From NCBI GenBank assembly GCA_031256725.1, contig JAIRQE010000004.1, positions 118,343 to 150,342 on the forward strand: a DNA stretch of 32,000 nt. The letters run 5' to 3'. Of this stretch, positions 1 through 8,399 are shown in pieces; the stretch's first letter is position 1, and the number at the start of each line of letters is the position of its first letter. A model generated the notes under the pieces. The model ran no database searches, was not told the origin of the DNA, and saw only the letters and a list, made by a program, of their open reading frames with translations. The position numbers were made by a program, and so were the translations under genes. This DNA comes from Propionibacteriaceae bacterium. GTDB taxonomy: Bacteria; Actinomycetota; Actinomycetes; Propionibacteriales; Propionibacteriaceae.

Positions 1-1246
1 AGTCTATGGGGAATCCATAAGTGTCGTGGAGCTTGAATGCCTGGTCACCGGGAAGGGATGTTTGGGTTGTCTTCTTCATCTCGGTGACAGCCATGTCGAA
101 GAGTTGGGTACCCGAAGTAAGGGTCTTTGTGAAGGCCTCCTCTTCAGCGGTTGCGACTGCTTCAATGCGTGCCCACTGATCCTCAATCTCTGGATAGGAG
201 GACACCATCTGCGCTTTGGAAACATTCAACAGTTCCATCACGACCGGATCTGCCACCCCGAGCAGTCTCATCGAACGTACGGATCGTCTCATGAGACGAC
301 GCAGAACATATCCCCTCGCCTCATTTCCTGGTGTGACACCATCGGTCATGAGCATGAGGGAAGAACGAATATGGTCAGCAACAACTCTGAGCCTGATGTC
401 GTCTTGGGGATCGGCTCCGTACTTCTTGCCTGAGAGTTCTGAGGCGCGAGCAATCACAGGATAAACCTGGTCGATCTCGTACATATTCTCCACACCCTGA
501 AGCAGGAATGCTGTTCTTTCCAATCCCATGCCGGTGTCGATGTTTTTGGTGGGGAGTTGGGCTCGTACATCAAAATCGTCTTTTTGGCGTACCTCAGACA
601 GATCCTCTGTTTGGAAGACGAGGTTCCAGATCTCTAGGAATCGATCCTCGTCGGCCTCAGGGCCACCATCGGGACCATAGGCAGGGCCACGATCAATGTA
701 GATCTCCGAGCAGGGGCCACCGGGGCCGGGTACACCCATGTGCCAGTAATTGTCTTTGAGCCCACGTTGCTGGATCTGACTAGGGTTGACACCCACCTTT
801 GTCCACAGGGTGCGGGCTTCAACATCGCCGTTGGGGTAATCCGGGTGAACACCAGGACCAAGGATCGTCACCCAAACCTTGGAGGGATCGAAACCATAGT
901 TGCCGTCTACTTGGGAACCGGTGACGAGCTCCCAGGCGTACTCAATCGCACCCTGCTTGAAGTAATCCCCGAAAGCGAAGTTGCCATTCATCTGAAAGAA
1001 GGTACCGTGGCGTGTGGTCCTACCCACCTCATCAATATCGAGGGTACGTACGCACTTTTGGACGCTGACTGCACGCTTGAAAGGAGCCGGCTCAACCCCC
1101 GTGAAATAGGCCTTGAAGGGAACCATCCCGGCGTTCACGAACAACAATGTAGGGTCGTTATAAAGCAGGGAGGTTGAGGGTACGACCGTGTGGTCGTAGC
1201 GCGCGAAGAAGTCGAGAAAGCGACGACGAATCTCAGCGGTGTCCAT
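1..1246 (-). CDS. alaS: Alanine--tRNA ligase, N-terminal part. The gene continues past the left edge of the window.
   Basis: This gene is missing from the ORF track because it has no in-window stop. My reverse-strand translation from the ATG at 1246 gives [50 protein letters not shown]...[19 protein letters not shown]. These are classic class II AlaRS N-terminal motifs. The frame stays open to position 1. Confidence 0.88.
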   Translation of the reverse strand, partial: MDTAEIRRRFLDFFARYDHTVVPSTSLLYNDPTLLFVNAGMVPFKAYFTGVEPAPFKRAVSVQKCVRTLDIDEVGRTTRHGTFFQMNGNFAFGDYFKQGAIEYAWELVTGSQVDGNYGFDPSKVWVTILGPGVHPDYPNGDVEARTLWTKVGVNPSQIQQRGLKDNYWHMGVPGPGGPCSEIYIDRGPAYGPDGGPEADEDRFLEIWNLVFQTEDLSEVRQKDDFDVRAQLPTKNIDTGMGLERTAFLLQGVENMYEIDQVYPVIARASELSGKKYGADPQDDIRLRVVADHIRSSLMLMTDGVTPGNEARGYVLRRLMRRSVRSMRLLGVADPVVMELLNVSKAQMVSSYPEIEDQWARIEAVATAEEEAFTKTLTSGTQLFDMAVTEMKKTTQTSLPGDQAFKLHDTYGFPID

Positions 1247-1313
1247 GATGTCCTTCAGGTTAGGTGGTTAAAGAAAAGTGAATCAGGGCAAACCGACCCA
1301 CAATTGCGTAATT

Positions 1314-2708
1314 CTACCCTGTCTCGGACTGAGAACCATCCCTGGATCCATCTCTACCCAGGAGGTGGTCAATCGCGGCAAGTCTTTCTGCAATTTGAAC
1401 CTCGTGTCCATGGGTTGTGGGAATGTAATAGATGACGTCCACAAGGTCATCTGGAAGGTACTGCTGTTCAGCCACCCCATGGGGATAATCGTGGGCATAA
1501 CGGTAATCCACCCCATGCCCATAATTCTTCGCCGAAGAATAATGGGCATCCCTCAAGTGGAGTGGCACAGGCCCACCCCTCCCATGACTCACATCAGCCA
1601 AAGCAGAGTCAATCGCAGTAATCACAGCATTCGACTTGGGTGCCGTCGCACACGCAATGACGGCATGGGCGAGAATGATTCTCCCTTCAGGCATCCCGAT
1701 CATCTGTACAGCCTGAGCCGCTGCCACACACAGTTGGAGAATCTGCGGTGAGGCCATCCCAATGTCCTCACTAGCAAGGATCATGAGTCTTCGCGCAATG
1801 AATCGTGGGTCCTCCCCCGCCGAAATCATCCTGGCCAGATAGTGGAGTGCCGCTTGCACGTCTGAACCTCGAACGGATTTGATGAAGGCACTAATAATGT
1901 CATAGTGCATATCCCCATCAGCGTCGTACCTCACTGCCGCGCGATCCACCGCCTGGGACAGGATCTCTGCAGTGATGGTGGTTGCATCCAAGGCTTCAGC
2001 GGTTGCTGCAGCTTCCTCCACATAGGTGAGTACACGCCGAGCATCCCCGCCCCCAAGGTGGATAAGGTTTGCCCGAGCCTCCTGGTCTATGGCGAATTTC
2101 CCCCCAGACGAGGTACGAATCCCCCGCTCATCGTTGAGGGCTCGATCCACGAGAACACCCATGTCATCCAGGGTCAATGGGTTGAGAGTCAACAGGAGGG
2201 ACCGAGACAGCAGTGGTGCGATCACTGAGAAAGAGGGATTCTCAGTCGTCGCCGCAATGAGTGTCACGACGCGATTCTCCACTGCGGGAAGGAGTACATC
2301 CTGTTGAGCCTTAGAAAACCTGTGAACCTCATCAATAAACAGCACAGTCTTCTTACCACGAGCTAATTCCGCTCGGGCACAATCAATCTCGGCGCGTACC
2401 TCCTTGACACCAGCAGTTACAGCGCTCAGTTCAACAAACCGAGACCCTGTCGTATGAGACACTACTGCGGCGATCGTCGTCTTCCCAACCCCTGGTGGCC
2501 CCCACAGGAATACCGACATGGGTTGCCCCTCAGCGAGACGTCGAAGAGGAGACCCCGGCCCCAAGAGATGACCCTGCCCCACGATCTCATCAATACAACG
2601 AGGCCGCAGACGTACCGCCAGCGGCGCATGCACAGTAACATCCCCCAAAGACCCCGTCCTGCGAGGAGATGGGGTGATATTCCCGAAAAGATCCTCAATC
2701 ATCATCAT
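1314..2708 (-). CDS. rarA: Replication-associated recombination protein A (RarA/MgsA AAA+ ATPase)
   Basis: Walker A is GPPGVGKTT and Walker B is LFIDEVHRF. Sensor-1-like AATTENPSF and the C-terminal MgsA-type region (HLRDAHY..., YRYAHDYPHGV) are present. Position directly upstream of alaS is typical of actinobacteria. Confidence 0.9.
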   Translation of the reverse strand: MMMIEDLFGNITPSPRRTGSLGDVTVHAPLAVRLRPRCIDEIVGQGHLLGPGSPLRRLAEGQPMSVFLWGPPGVGKTTIAAVVSHTTGSRFVELSAVTAGVKEVRAEIDCARAELARGKKTVLFIDEVHRFSKAQQDVLLPAVENRVVTLIAATTENPSFSVIAPLLSRSLLLTLNPLTLDDMGVLVDRALNDERGIRTSSGGKFAIDQEARANLIHLGGGDARRVLTYVEEAAATAEALDATTITAEILSQAVDRAAVRYDADGDMHYDIISAFIKSVRGSDVQAALHYLARMISAGEDPRFIARRLMILASEDIGMASPQILQLCVAAAQAVQMIGMPEGRIILAHAVIACATAPKSNAVITAIDSALADVSHGRGGPVPLHLRDAHYSSAKNYGHGVDYRYAHDYPHGVAEQQYLPDDLVDVIYYIPTTHGHEVQIAERLAAIDHLLGRDGSRDGSQSETG

Positions 2709-2729
2709 TACCTGAAGCCCATCTTAGTA

Positions 2730-2770
2730 GGAGTGTGTCTTAGGGACATGTAGTCACCAAGACACACTCC
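2730..2770. repeat. Perfect 12-bp inverted repeat (GGAGTGTGTCTT / AAGACACACTCC) with a 17-nt spacer, 22 nt upstream of the rarA start
   Basis: Read directly: arms at 2730-2741 and 2759-2770 are exact reverse complements. No U-tract follows on the minus strand. Confidence 0.8.
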
Positions 2771-2820
2771 AGGCACCCTCTTGAATGCCGACCGCCAAAC
2801 CATTGATACATCAACGAAGT

Positions 2821-2850
2821 GTGGGAGAGAGGGATATCCCACTCCCCCAC
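2821..2850 (-). terminator. Candidate stem-loop terminator after the topoisomerase subunit gene (no U-tract)
   Basis: The minus-strand RNA GUGGGGGAGUGGGAUAUCCCUCUCUCCCAC can fold into an extended imperfect stem around the palindrome GGGATATCCC (2831-2840). It begins 13 nt after the stop codon at 2863-2865. Confidence 0.35.
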
Positions 2851-2862
2851 ACCATCTACAAA

Positions 2863-4965
2863 TCAAATATCAATCCGGTCGGCATCCAAGCTATAGGCTC
2901 CTTCGATGATGCGCGTACGTCGGGGCCCAACTTCGTTGCCCATCCAGACTTCGAAAGAGGAGGATGCACTTTCAGCATCGATGATTCGTAAACGACGCAA
3001 GGTACGGTGGCGGGGATTCATCGTGGTTTCGGCCAACTGATCAGCATCCATTTCACCGAGGCCCTTGTACCGTTGGGGTTCCTTGAAACGGATCCCTTTC
3101 TTGGTGAGTTCAGCCATCTTGCGTTGGTACTCCGGGTCAGAGTAAGTGTAGATGTACTTGCCTTGGCCCTTCTTGGGGTTGATGATCTCGAACCGATGCA
3201 GGGGTGGGACGGCAGTGAACACTCGACCGGCTTCAATGAGGGGCCGCATGTACTTAAAGAAGAGCGTGGCGAGCAGGCATCGAATGTGGGCACCATCAGA
3301 GTCAGCGTCAGCCATGAAGATGACTTTGCCGTACCGCGCGCGATCCACATCGAAGGTACGTCCAGATCCAGCGCCAATCACCTGAATGATGGAGGCACAT
3401 TCAGCGTTCTTGAGCATGTCGGTCACTGAGGCTTTTTGTACATTGAGGATCTTTCCACGAATGGGCATCAGTGCTTGAAACTCGGAGTTTCTGGCGAGTT
3501 TGGCTGTCCCCAAAGCCGAATCACCTTCAACGATGAATAACTCTGTTTTCTCGGAATCCGAGGATCGACAATCGGAGAGTTTGGGTGGAAGCGAGGAGGA
3601 TGCCAAAGCATTTTTGGCGCGTACCGCTTCACGGTGGGCGCGGGCTTGTACCCTCGTGCGTGAGGCTTGAACGACCTTCTCCATAACTGCTCTGGCTTGG
3701 GGTTTGAGGGCAGCTTTGCCGGAGGTGAGGAACTCGGTGAGTTCACGTTCCGCCACCTTGGCAACGAGTTTGGCAACTGCTGGGGTACCCAGTACCTCCT
3801 TGGTCTGCCCCTCGAATTGAGGTTCGGCCAGGCGTACGGTCACCACGGCTGTCATCCCTTCACAGATATCCTCTTTGGTGATCTCGTCGGATGCCTTGGT
3901 GAGTCTGGTACCTTCAAGTACCTTTGTGAAGGCCCGTGTTAGCCCGCGTTCGAAACCGGTGACATGGGTACCACCATTGGCCGTATCGATGATGTTGACG
4001 AAGGAGACGACTCGCGAATCATAACTGGCCCCCCATCTGAGGGCGATGTCGATTCCAAGATCCCGTTCGACATCGGTGGGGGTCATGGACCCTTCATCAT
4101 CAAGCATAGGCACGGTCTCAGTGAAGGTCTCATGTCCCTTGAGGCGCTGTACCTCGGTGATGGGTTCATCATTGGTCAAAAAGTCACAGAACTCGGTGAT
4201 CCCACCATCGTGAACAAATATCTCAGTGTCTTCTGATCCACCTCTTCGATCAGTGACCTTGAGTTGGAGACCGGGAACAAGGAAGGAGGTCTGACGTACA
4301 CGATCCTTCAACTTGGTTAAAGAAATCTTGGCTCCTGCGAGGAAGATCTGCTCATCAGCCCAATACTTGACTCTCGTACCTGTGACCTTTTTGGTGAGGC
4401 GAGCTTGCTTCCTCAAACCCGCTTGTGGGGTGAACTTTGCTGTGGGGCCATCCCCATCGAAAACACCGGGGGTACCTCGACGAAAGGACATGGCCCAGGT
4501 GTAGCCGTCACGATCAACTTCGACATCAAGACGGGAGGCGAGTGCGTTGACAACCGAGGAACCAACTCCATGGAGTCCCCCCGCTGCGTTGTATGTACCC
4601 GTGCCAAACTTTGCCCCAGCATGAAGTTTCGTGAGCACCACTTCGACCCCGGTTAACCCAGTTTTGGGCTCAATATCCACAGGCAAACCGCGGGCGTGGT
4701 CGTGTACCTCGAGGGAACCATCTTGGTTGAGGAAAACTTCAATCGCCTTGCCGAAACCGGACAGTGCCTCATCAACAGCATTATCAATGATCTCCCACAA
4801 GCAATGCATAAGCCCCTTGGTATCGGTCGAACCAATGTACATCGCTGGGCGTTTACGTACCGCCTCAAGCCCTTCAAGGACGAGTAGTTGGCGCGCAGAA
4901 TACTCACCTGGTGTCCCGGATGTACGCTGTCGCCTAGGGCCTGGTTCACTTACTGCCTCGCTCAC
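2863..4965 (-). CDS. parE: Type IIA topoisomerase ATPase subunit (ParE / GyrB paralogue; DNA topoisomerase IV subunit B type)
   Basis: GHKL ATPase motifs are present (LEAVRKRPAMYIGST, WEIIDNAVDEA, GGLHGVGSSVVNA). Toprim motifs are present (ELFIVEGDSALGTAK, IRGKILNV, MADADSDGAHI). Length is 700 aa. It sits next to the principal sigma gene rather than the dnaA-gyrBA region, like the Streptomyces parE-type paralogue. It starts at a GTG. Confidence 0.85.
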   Translation of the reverse strand: MSEAVSEPGPRRQRTSGTPGEYSARQLLVLEGLEAVRKRPAMYIGSTDTKGLMHCLWEIIDNAVDEALSGFGKAIEVFLNQDGSLEVHDHARGLPVDIEPKTGLTGVEVVLTKLHAGAKFGTGTYNAAGGLHGVGSSVVNALASRLDVEVDRDGYTWAMSFRRGTPGVFDGDGPTAKFTPQAGLRKQARLTKKVTGTRVKYWADEQIFLAGAKISLTKLKDRVRQTSFLVPGLQLKVTDRRGGSEDTEIFVHDGGITEFCDFLTNDEPITEVQRLKGHETFTETVPMLDDEGSMTPTDVERDLGIDIALRWGASYDSRVVSFVNIIDTANGGTHVTGFERGLTRAFTKVLEGTRLTKASDEITKEDICEGMTAVVTVRLAEPQFEGQTKEVLGTPAVAKLVAKVAERELTEFLTSGKAALKPQARAVMEKVVQASRTRVQARAHREAVRAKNALASSSLPPKLSDCRSSDSEKTELFIVEGDSALGTAKLARNSEFQALMPIRGKILNVQKASVTDMLKNAECASIIQVIGAGSGRTFDVDRARYGKVIFMADADSDGAHIRCLLATLFFKYMRPLIEAGRVFTAVPPLHRFEIINPKKGQGKYIYTYSDPEYQRKMAELTKKGIRFKEPQRYKGLGEMDADQLAETTMNPRHRTLRRLRIIDAESASSSFEVWMGNEVGPRRTRIIEGAYSLDADRIDI

Positions 4966-5037
4966 CCACAGGAGTTTAGTAGTGATTGCCCCACCACCTG
5001 GGCAGGACGAAAGCGTGTCGGAACCTAGGTGATTGGA

Positions 5038-5754
5038 TCATTCACTTGGGCGAGACATCAGATCTGCTGGAAGCCTTCCCTGCATATCACTCAGTTGTCC
5101 AGTCTCATCAAAGACCACATCAAGATGGGAACCATCATCGAAACCAAGAATTATGGTATCTCCCACCTGTTCAACCTGAAGTTGGTAGGCCGCAGCATAA
5201 ACCGTCACAATATCGCGATGGTTGCCGAGACCATAAGCCAATGCGGAGGTCAAAACCTTAGGCGTAGTGAAAGCCGATGGAGCCTCAAGGGTGAGCAGCG
5301 GATCGGTGATCACAAGGTAGTGGCGAGACCCGTCTTTGGGTGCGGAGAATATGGCAGAACCCATGATTTGGGGGCTAGCAACCATAGCGATCGTGGCCCC
5401 TGGGGTCATTCCCAAATCCACGATCCCTTCAATAGAAAATGTGGGTTCAGTGAACTCCCATAGCCCGGTTTCTTGGCCGAATTTCTTGAGTGGCAAGCCA
5501 CGATGTACCCCAAGAGCCTCGGAATCCACACTGGGATCTGCCCAAGCCCACGTCCACTTATTGTCTTCAGAAACCCAACCTAGAAAAGCACATTGGAGTC
5601 GGGTACCACCCACAGACACCATCCCAGTGGTAAGGTTCAAATCCCAGTCAGGAGTACTCGTACCCACAATATCGCTGAGGCGCGCCTGCCCATCAACCAG
5701 CAACGCTGTATGCGCTGTAGCCCATGAATTGAGCAGACTATGATCGGCAGTCAT
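5038..5754 (-). CDS. Hypothetical protein (238 aa), probably cotranscribed with the principal sigma factor gene
   Basis: Clean 238-aa ORF with balanced amino-acid composition. The ATG lies 5 nt after the rpoD stop, with AAAGG overlapping that stop. I recognise no catalytic motif. Confidence 0.7.
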   Translation of the reverse strand: MTADHSLLNSWATAHTALLVDGQARLSDIVGTSTPDWDLNLTTGMVSVGGTRLQCAFLGWVSEDNKWTWAWADPSVDSEALGVHRGLPLKKFGQETGLWEFTEPTFSIEGIVDLGMTPGATIAMVASPQIMGSAIFSAPKDGSRHYLVITDPLLTLEAPSAFTTPKVLTSALAYGLGNHRDIVTVYAAAYQLQVEQVGDTIILGFDDGSHLDVVFDETGQLSDMQGRLPADLMSRPSE

Positions 5755-5759
5755 GGCCT

Positions 5760-7082
5760 TTAATCCAGGTAATCTCGTAGTACTTGGGAACGTGAGGGGT
5801 GGCGCAGCTTCGACATTGTCTTGGATTCAATCTGGCGAATCCTTTCACGGGTGACCCCGTAGACGCGACCGATCTCGTCGAGGGTCTTCGGCTGACCGTC
5901 AGTCAAACCAAACCTCATGGATACGACCCCAGCTTCACGCTCTGACAGGGTGTCAAGCACGTCATGGAGTTGCTCTTGGAGGAGGGAGAAGTTCACAGCA
6001 TCAGCGGGAACAACAGCCTCGGAGTCCTCAATGAGGTCACCGAACTCTGAATCCCCATCCTCACCCAAGGGGGTGTGAAGGGAGATGGGTTCACGGCCGT
6101 ACTTTTGTACTTCGACAACCTTCTCTGGGGTCATGTCGAGTTCGGTTGCCAACTCTTCAGGGGTTGGTTCGCGACCAAGATCCTGGAGCATTTGACGTTG
6201 TACACGGGCAAGTTTATTAATCACTTCGACCATGTGAACGGGGATACGAATTGTACGCGCCTGGTCAGCCATAGCCCTCGTGATGGCCTGCTTGATCCAC
6301 CATGTGGCATAGGTGGAGAACTTGTACCCCTTCGTATAGTCGAACTTCTCGACTGCCCGAATCAGACCCAGGTTTCCTTCCTGGATGAGATCCAGGAAGA
6401 GCATTCCACGCCCGGTGTAGCGCTTCGCGAGGGAGACAACCAATCGAAGGTTCGCTTCAAGAAGGTGGTTCTTTGCCCGACGACCATCCTCAGCAATCCA
6501 TTCCAGATCGGTTGATTCATCATCGCTGATCTTTGCTGCAGGATCGTTGAGCCTCTCTTCGGCAAACAACCCAGCTTCGATGCGCTTGGCAAGGGAGACC
6601 TCTTGTTCAGCGTTGAGAAGGGCGACTTTACCGATCTGCTTGAGATAGTCCTTCACTGGGTCAGCTGTAGCCCCAGCTGCGAGTACCTGCTGCTCCGGCT
6701 CATCGGTTTCATCTGCGTCCGACAAGGAGAAACCCTCGTCTTCAGTTAATTCAGCCTCAAGCTCTGCTTCCTTCTTCGGCTGGAATTCGGAGTCGTCTAC
6801 ATCATCAAGACTGCGCTTCTTTGTACCGACTTTGAACTCTACAGAATCCCCATCTTCGGTGAATTCCACATTGCCATCCACAGCGGCAAGAATCGCATCC
6901 TCAACAGAGGGAATATCGGTTTCAAGGTCCTCGGTGGGTACGGAATCTTCCGACTCTTCCGCCACGGCCTCAACGACGACTTCTTCAGGAGCTTTCTTGA
7001 CTGGCTTCTTGCGGGGACTCCTAGCCGGCTTCTTTGGGGCTTCTGCCTTGTCATCACCCGCTGCAGTCTTACGTGCTACCAT
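5760..7082 (-). CDS. rpoD: Principal (group 1) RNA polymerase sigma factor, SigA/HrdB/RpoD type
   Basis: Region 2 ([38 protein letters not shown]), region 3 and region 4 ([29 protein letters not shown]) are present. The N-terminal region is Lys/Pro/Glu-rich and acidic, which is typical of actinobacterial SigA. I place the start at the ATG at 7082 ([11 protein letters not shown]), preceded by GGAGGA plus 7 nt. The ORF-track TTG at 7106 lacks a ribosome-binding site. Confidence 0.92.
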   Translation of the reverse strand: MVARKTAAGDDKAEAPKKPARSPRKKPVKKAPEEVVVEAVAEESEDSVPTEDLETDIPSVEDAILAAVDGNVEFTEDGDSVEFKVGTKKRSLDDVDDSEFQPKKEAELEAELTEDEGFSLSDADETDEPEQQVLAAGATADPVKDYLKQIGKVALLNAEQEVSLAKRIEAGLFAEERLNDPAAKISDDESTDLEWIAEDGRRAKNHLLEANLRLVVSLAKRYTGRGMLFLDLIQEGNLGLIRAVEKFDYTKGYKFSTYATWWIKQAITRAMADQARTIRIPVHMVEVINKLARVQRQMLQDLGREPTPEELATELDMTPEKVVEVQKYGREPISLHTPLGEDGDSEFGDLIEDSEAVVPADAVNFSLLQEQLHDVLDTLSEREAGVVSMRFGLTDGQPKTLDEIGRVYGVTRERIRQIESKTMSKLRHPSRSQVLRDYLD

Positions 7083-7121
7083 TAATAATCCTCCGTTGTC
7101 GATCAAACGCCAACCGGTACC

Positions 7122-7149
7122 AGGGTAAAAAAAAACCCGCTCCTGTCAA
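7122..7149 (-). promoter_or_regulatory. Candidate sigma-A promoter P2 for rpoD: TTGACA-N16-TACCCT
   Basis: On the minus strand, the -35 TTGACA is at 7149-7144 and the -10 TACCCT (TAnnnT) is at 7127-7122. The 16-nt spacer contains a T9 run. The start codon is about 40 nt downstream. Confidence 0.45.
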
Positions 7150-7157
7150 GCAAAACC

Positions 7158-7186
7158 ATTATGCATGAGGAGCACTGGGTTTTCAA
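7158..7186 (-). promoter_or_regulatory. Candidate sigma-A promoter P1 for rpoD: TTGAAA-N17-CATAAT
   Basis: On the minus strand, the -35 TTGAAA is at 7186-7181 and the -10 CATAAT is at 7163-7158, with a 17-nt spacer. Confidence 0.45.
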
Positions 7187-7298
7187 CTCATGACCTCGGC
7201 ATGTTGAAGTTCTCATAACTCCCCATCCTATGTGGGTGCTTTCAAACTCATACCCCTTCCATGATAGGAGTTTTATGAAAGTCCGCCTTCCGTTTCGA

Positions 7299-7336
7299 CA
7301 TCTTGTTGGCCATCCTTCATCTTGTTGATCATCCTT
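7299..7336. repeat. Tandem 19-bp direct repeat (CATCTTGTTGGCCATCCTT / CATCTTGTTGATCATCCTT) in the sigA-sigB divergent region
   Basis: Read directly: two adjacent units at 7299-7317 and 7318-7336, identical at 17 of 19 positions. Confidence 0.85.
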
Positions 7337-7405
7337 TGCACAGTCATGGGATCAACGATCAGTCACAATTCTGAATTCTGATCCGCGCAGAATGACAACT
7401 TCGCG

Positions 7406-7431
7406 GGAATGAAATAAGGGTTCACAGCGTT
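7406..7431 (+). promoter_or_regulatory. ECF-type (SigR/SigH-like) promoter GGAAT-N18-GTT upstream of the group-2 sigma gene
   Basis: GGAAT is at 7406-7410 and GTT at 7429-7431, exactly 18 nt apart. It lies 35 nt upstream of the ATG at 7466. It matches the published SigR (Streptomyces) / SigH (Mycobacterium) consensus. Those factors are known to transcribe hrdD and sigB respectively. Confidence 0.5.
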
Positions 7432-7465
7432 ATCGATTATGAAACCGTAGACGAAAGGACATCTT

Positions 7466-8398
7466 ATGACTACCATGCTTGCTGAGCCACGAACCACGAT
7501 GTCAGCCCAGAAGGACGCAATTGGAGTCTACTTGGACACCATTGCTGCTCATAGGCTCCTCGAAGCTGATGAAGAGGTCGAGTTAGCCCATCGTATCGAA
7601 ACCGGAATTTACGCAGACTACCTTCTTTCACATCCCGAGGTACAGCGCCCCATCGAAACCACCGATGAGGAACTGTACATCATCGCCTTGGAGGGCGAAG
7701 AGGCCAAGCACAGCTTCTTGAATGCAAACCTGCGCTTGGTGGTTTCAATCGCCCAAAAGTACCGCCGTGATACCCTTCCATTCCTTGACATTATCCAGGA
7801 AGGCAACGTCGGCTTGATTAGAGCAGTTGAGAAGTTTGATTATACGAAGGGATTCAAATTCTCCACCTATGCCACCTGGTGGATTCGTCAAGCGATCTTC
7901 CGTGGTATCGCGGCCCATGGTCATGTTGTGAAGCTTCCGGTTCACATCGCTGAACAGATTTCACGGATCTCCACAACGAGTCGTCGACTCACAAGTGAAC
8001 TAGGTCATGAGCCCTCCACTGCCCAAATTGCTGAAGTTCTTGGTATTCCTGCTTCTGAGGTCCTCGAAATGACCGGTTATGTACGACCCCACACCTCCCT
8101 TGATGCTCCCCTAACTGAGGGAGAGTCAGGCACCTTGGGTGATCTGATCGCTTTGAATGACCGTGCAGTACCTCTGGCCACCCCGGCTTCTGAGGAGGAC
8201 ACTGAGGCTCTTGATGAGATGTTGGGGGAACTCGATGAGCGTTCCGCTGACATTGTCAGACGAAGGTACGGACTTCTTGATGGGAGACCAAACAGGCTGG
8301 CTGAAATCGGTCAATACTGGGGAATCAGCGCCGAAAGGGTACGCCAAATTGAGCGTAGTGCTATGGCGAAGCTGCACTCCTTATCCTGGGCGGCCTAA
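7466..8398 (+). CDS. sigB: Group 2 (principal-like, non-essential type) sigma-70 family sigma factor
   Basis: Regions 2-4 are conserved ([74 protein letters not shown]). It lacks the long N-terminal extension of SigA. AAAGGA lies 6 nt before the ATG. It is divergent from sigA, as in mycobacterial synteny. Confidence 0.85.
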   Translation: MTTMLAEPRTTMSAQKDAIGVYLDTIAAHRLLEADEEVELAHRIETGIYADYLLSHPEVQRPIETTDEELYIIALEGEEAKHSFLNANLRLVVSIAQKYRRDTLPFLDIIQEGNVGLIRAVEKFDYTKGFKFSTYATWWIRQAIFRGIAAHGHVVKLPVHIAEQISRISTTSRRLTSELGHEPSTAQIAEVLGIPASEVLEMTGYVRPHTSLDAPLTEGESGTLGDLIALNDRAVPLATPASEEDTEALDEMLGELDERSADIVRRRYGLLDGRPNRLAEIGQYWGISAERVRQIERSAMAKLHSLSWAA

Positions 8399-8399
8399 T

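Noticed and set aside
26-1177. Plus-strand ORFs in the first 1.2 kb (26-433, 216-464, 508-759, 740-1177)
   Set aside because: They lie antisense to an uninterrupted minus-strand frame that translates into unmistakable AlaRS motifs. Their products are low-complexity with no family resemblance.
7083-7106. ORF-track TTG start for rpoD. Similar long starts are given for usp (9302), nrdR (14370), lexA (15028) and the small membrane ORF (14950).
   Set aside because: Each extension lacks a Shine-Dalgarno sequence, adds residues foreign to the family N-terminus, or places an operator (SOS or NrdR box) inside the coding sequence. Downstream in-frame ATGs have good ribosome-binding sites.
7121-7140. 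GGGT-A9-CCC element as a terminator or hairpin
   Set aside because: The stem is only 3-4 bp, and no upstream gene is transcribed toward it on the strand where the T-run would follow. It is better explained as the T-rich spacer of the proposed rpoD P2 promoter.
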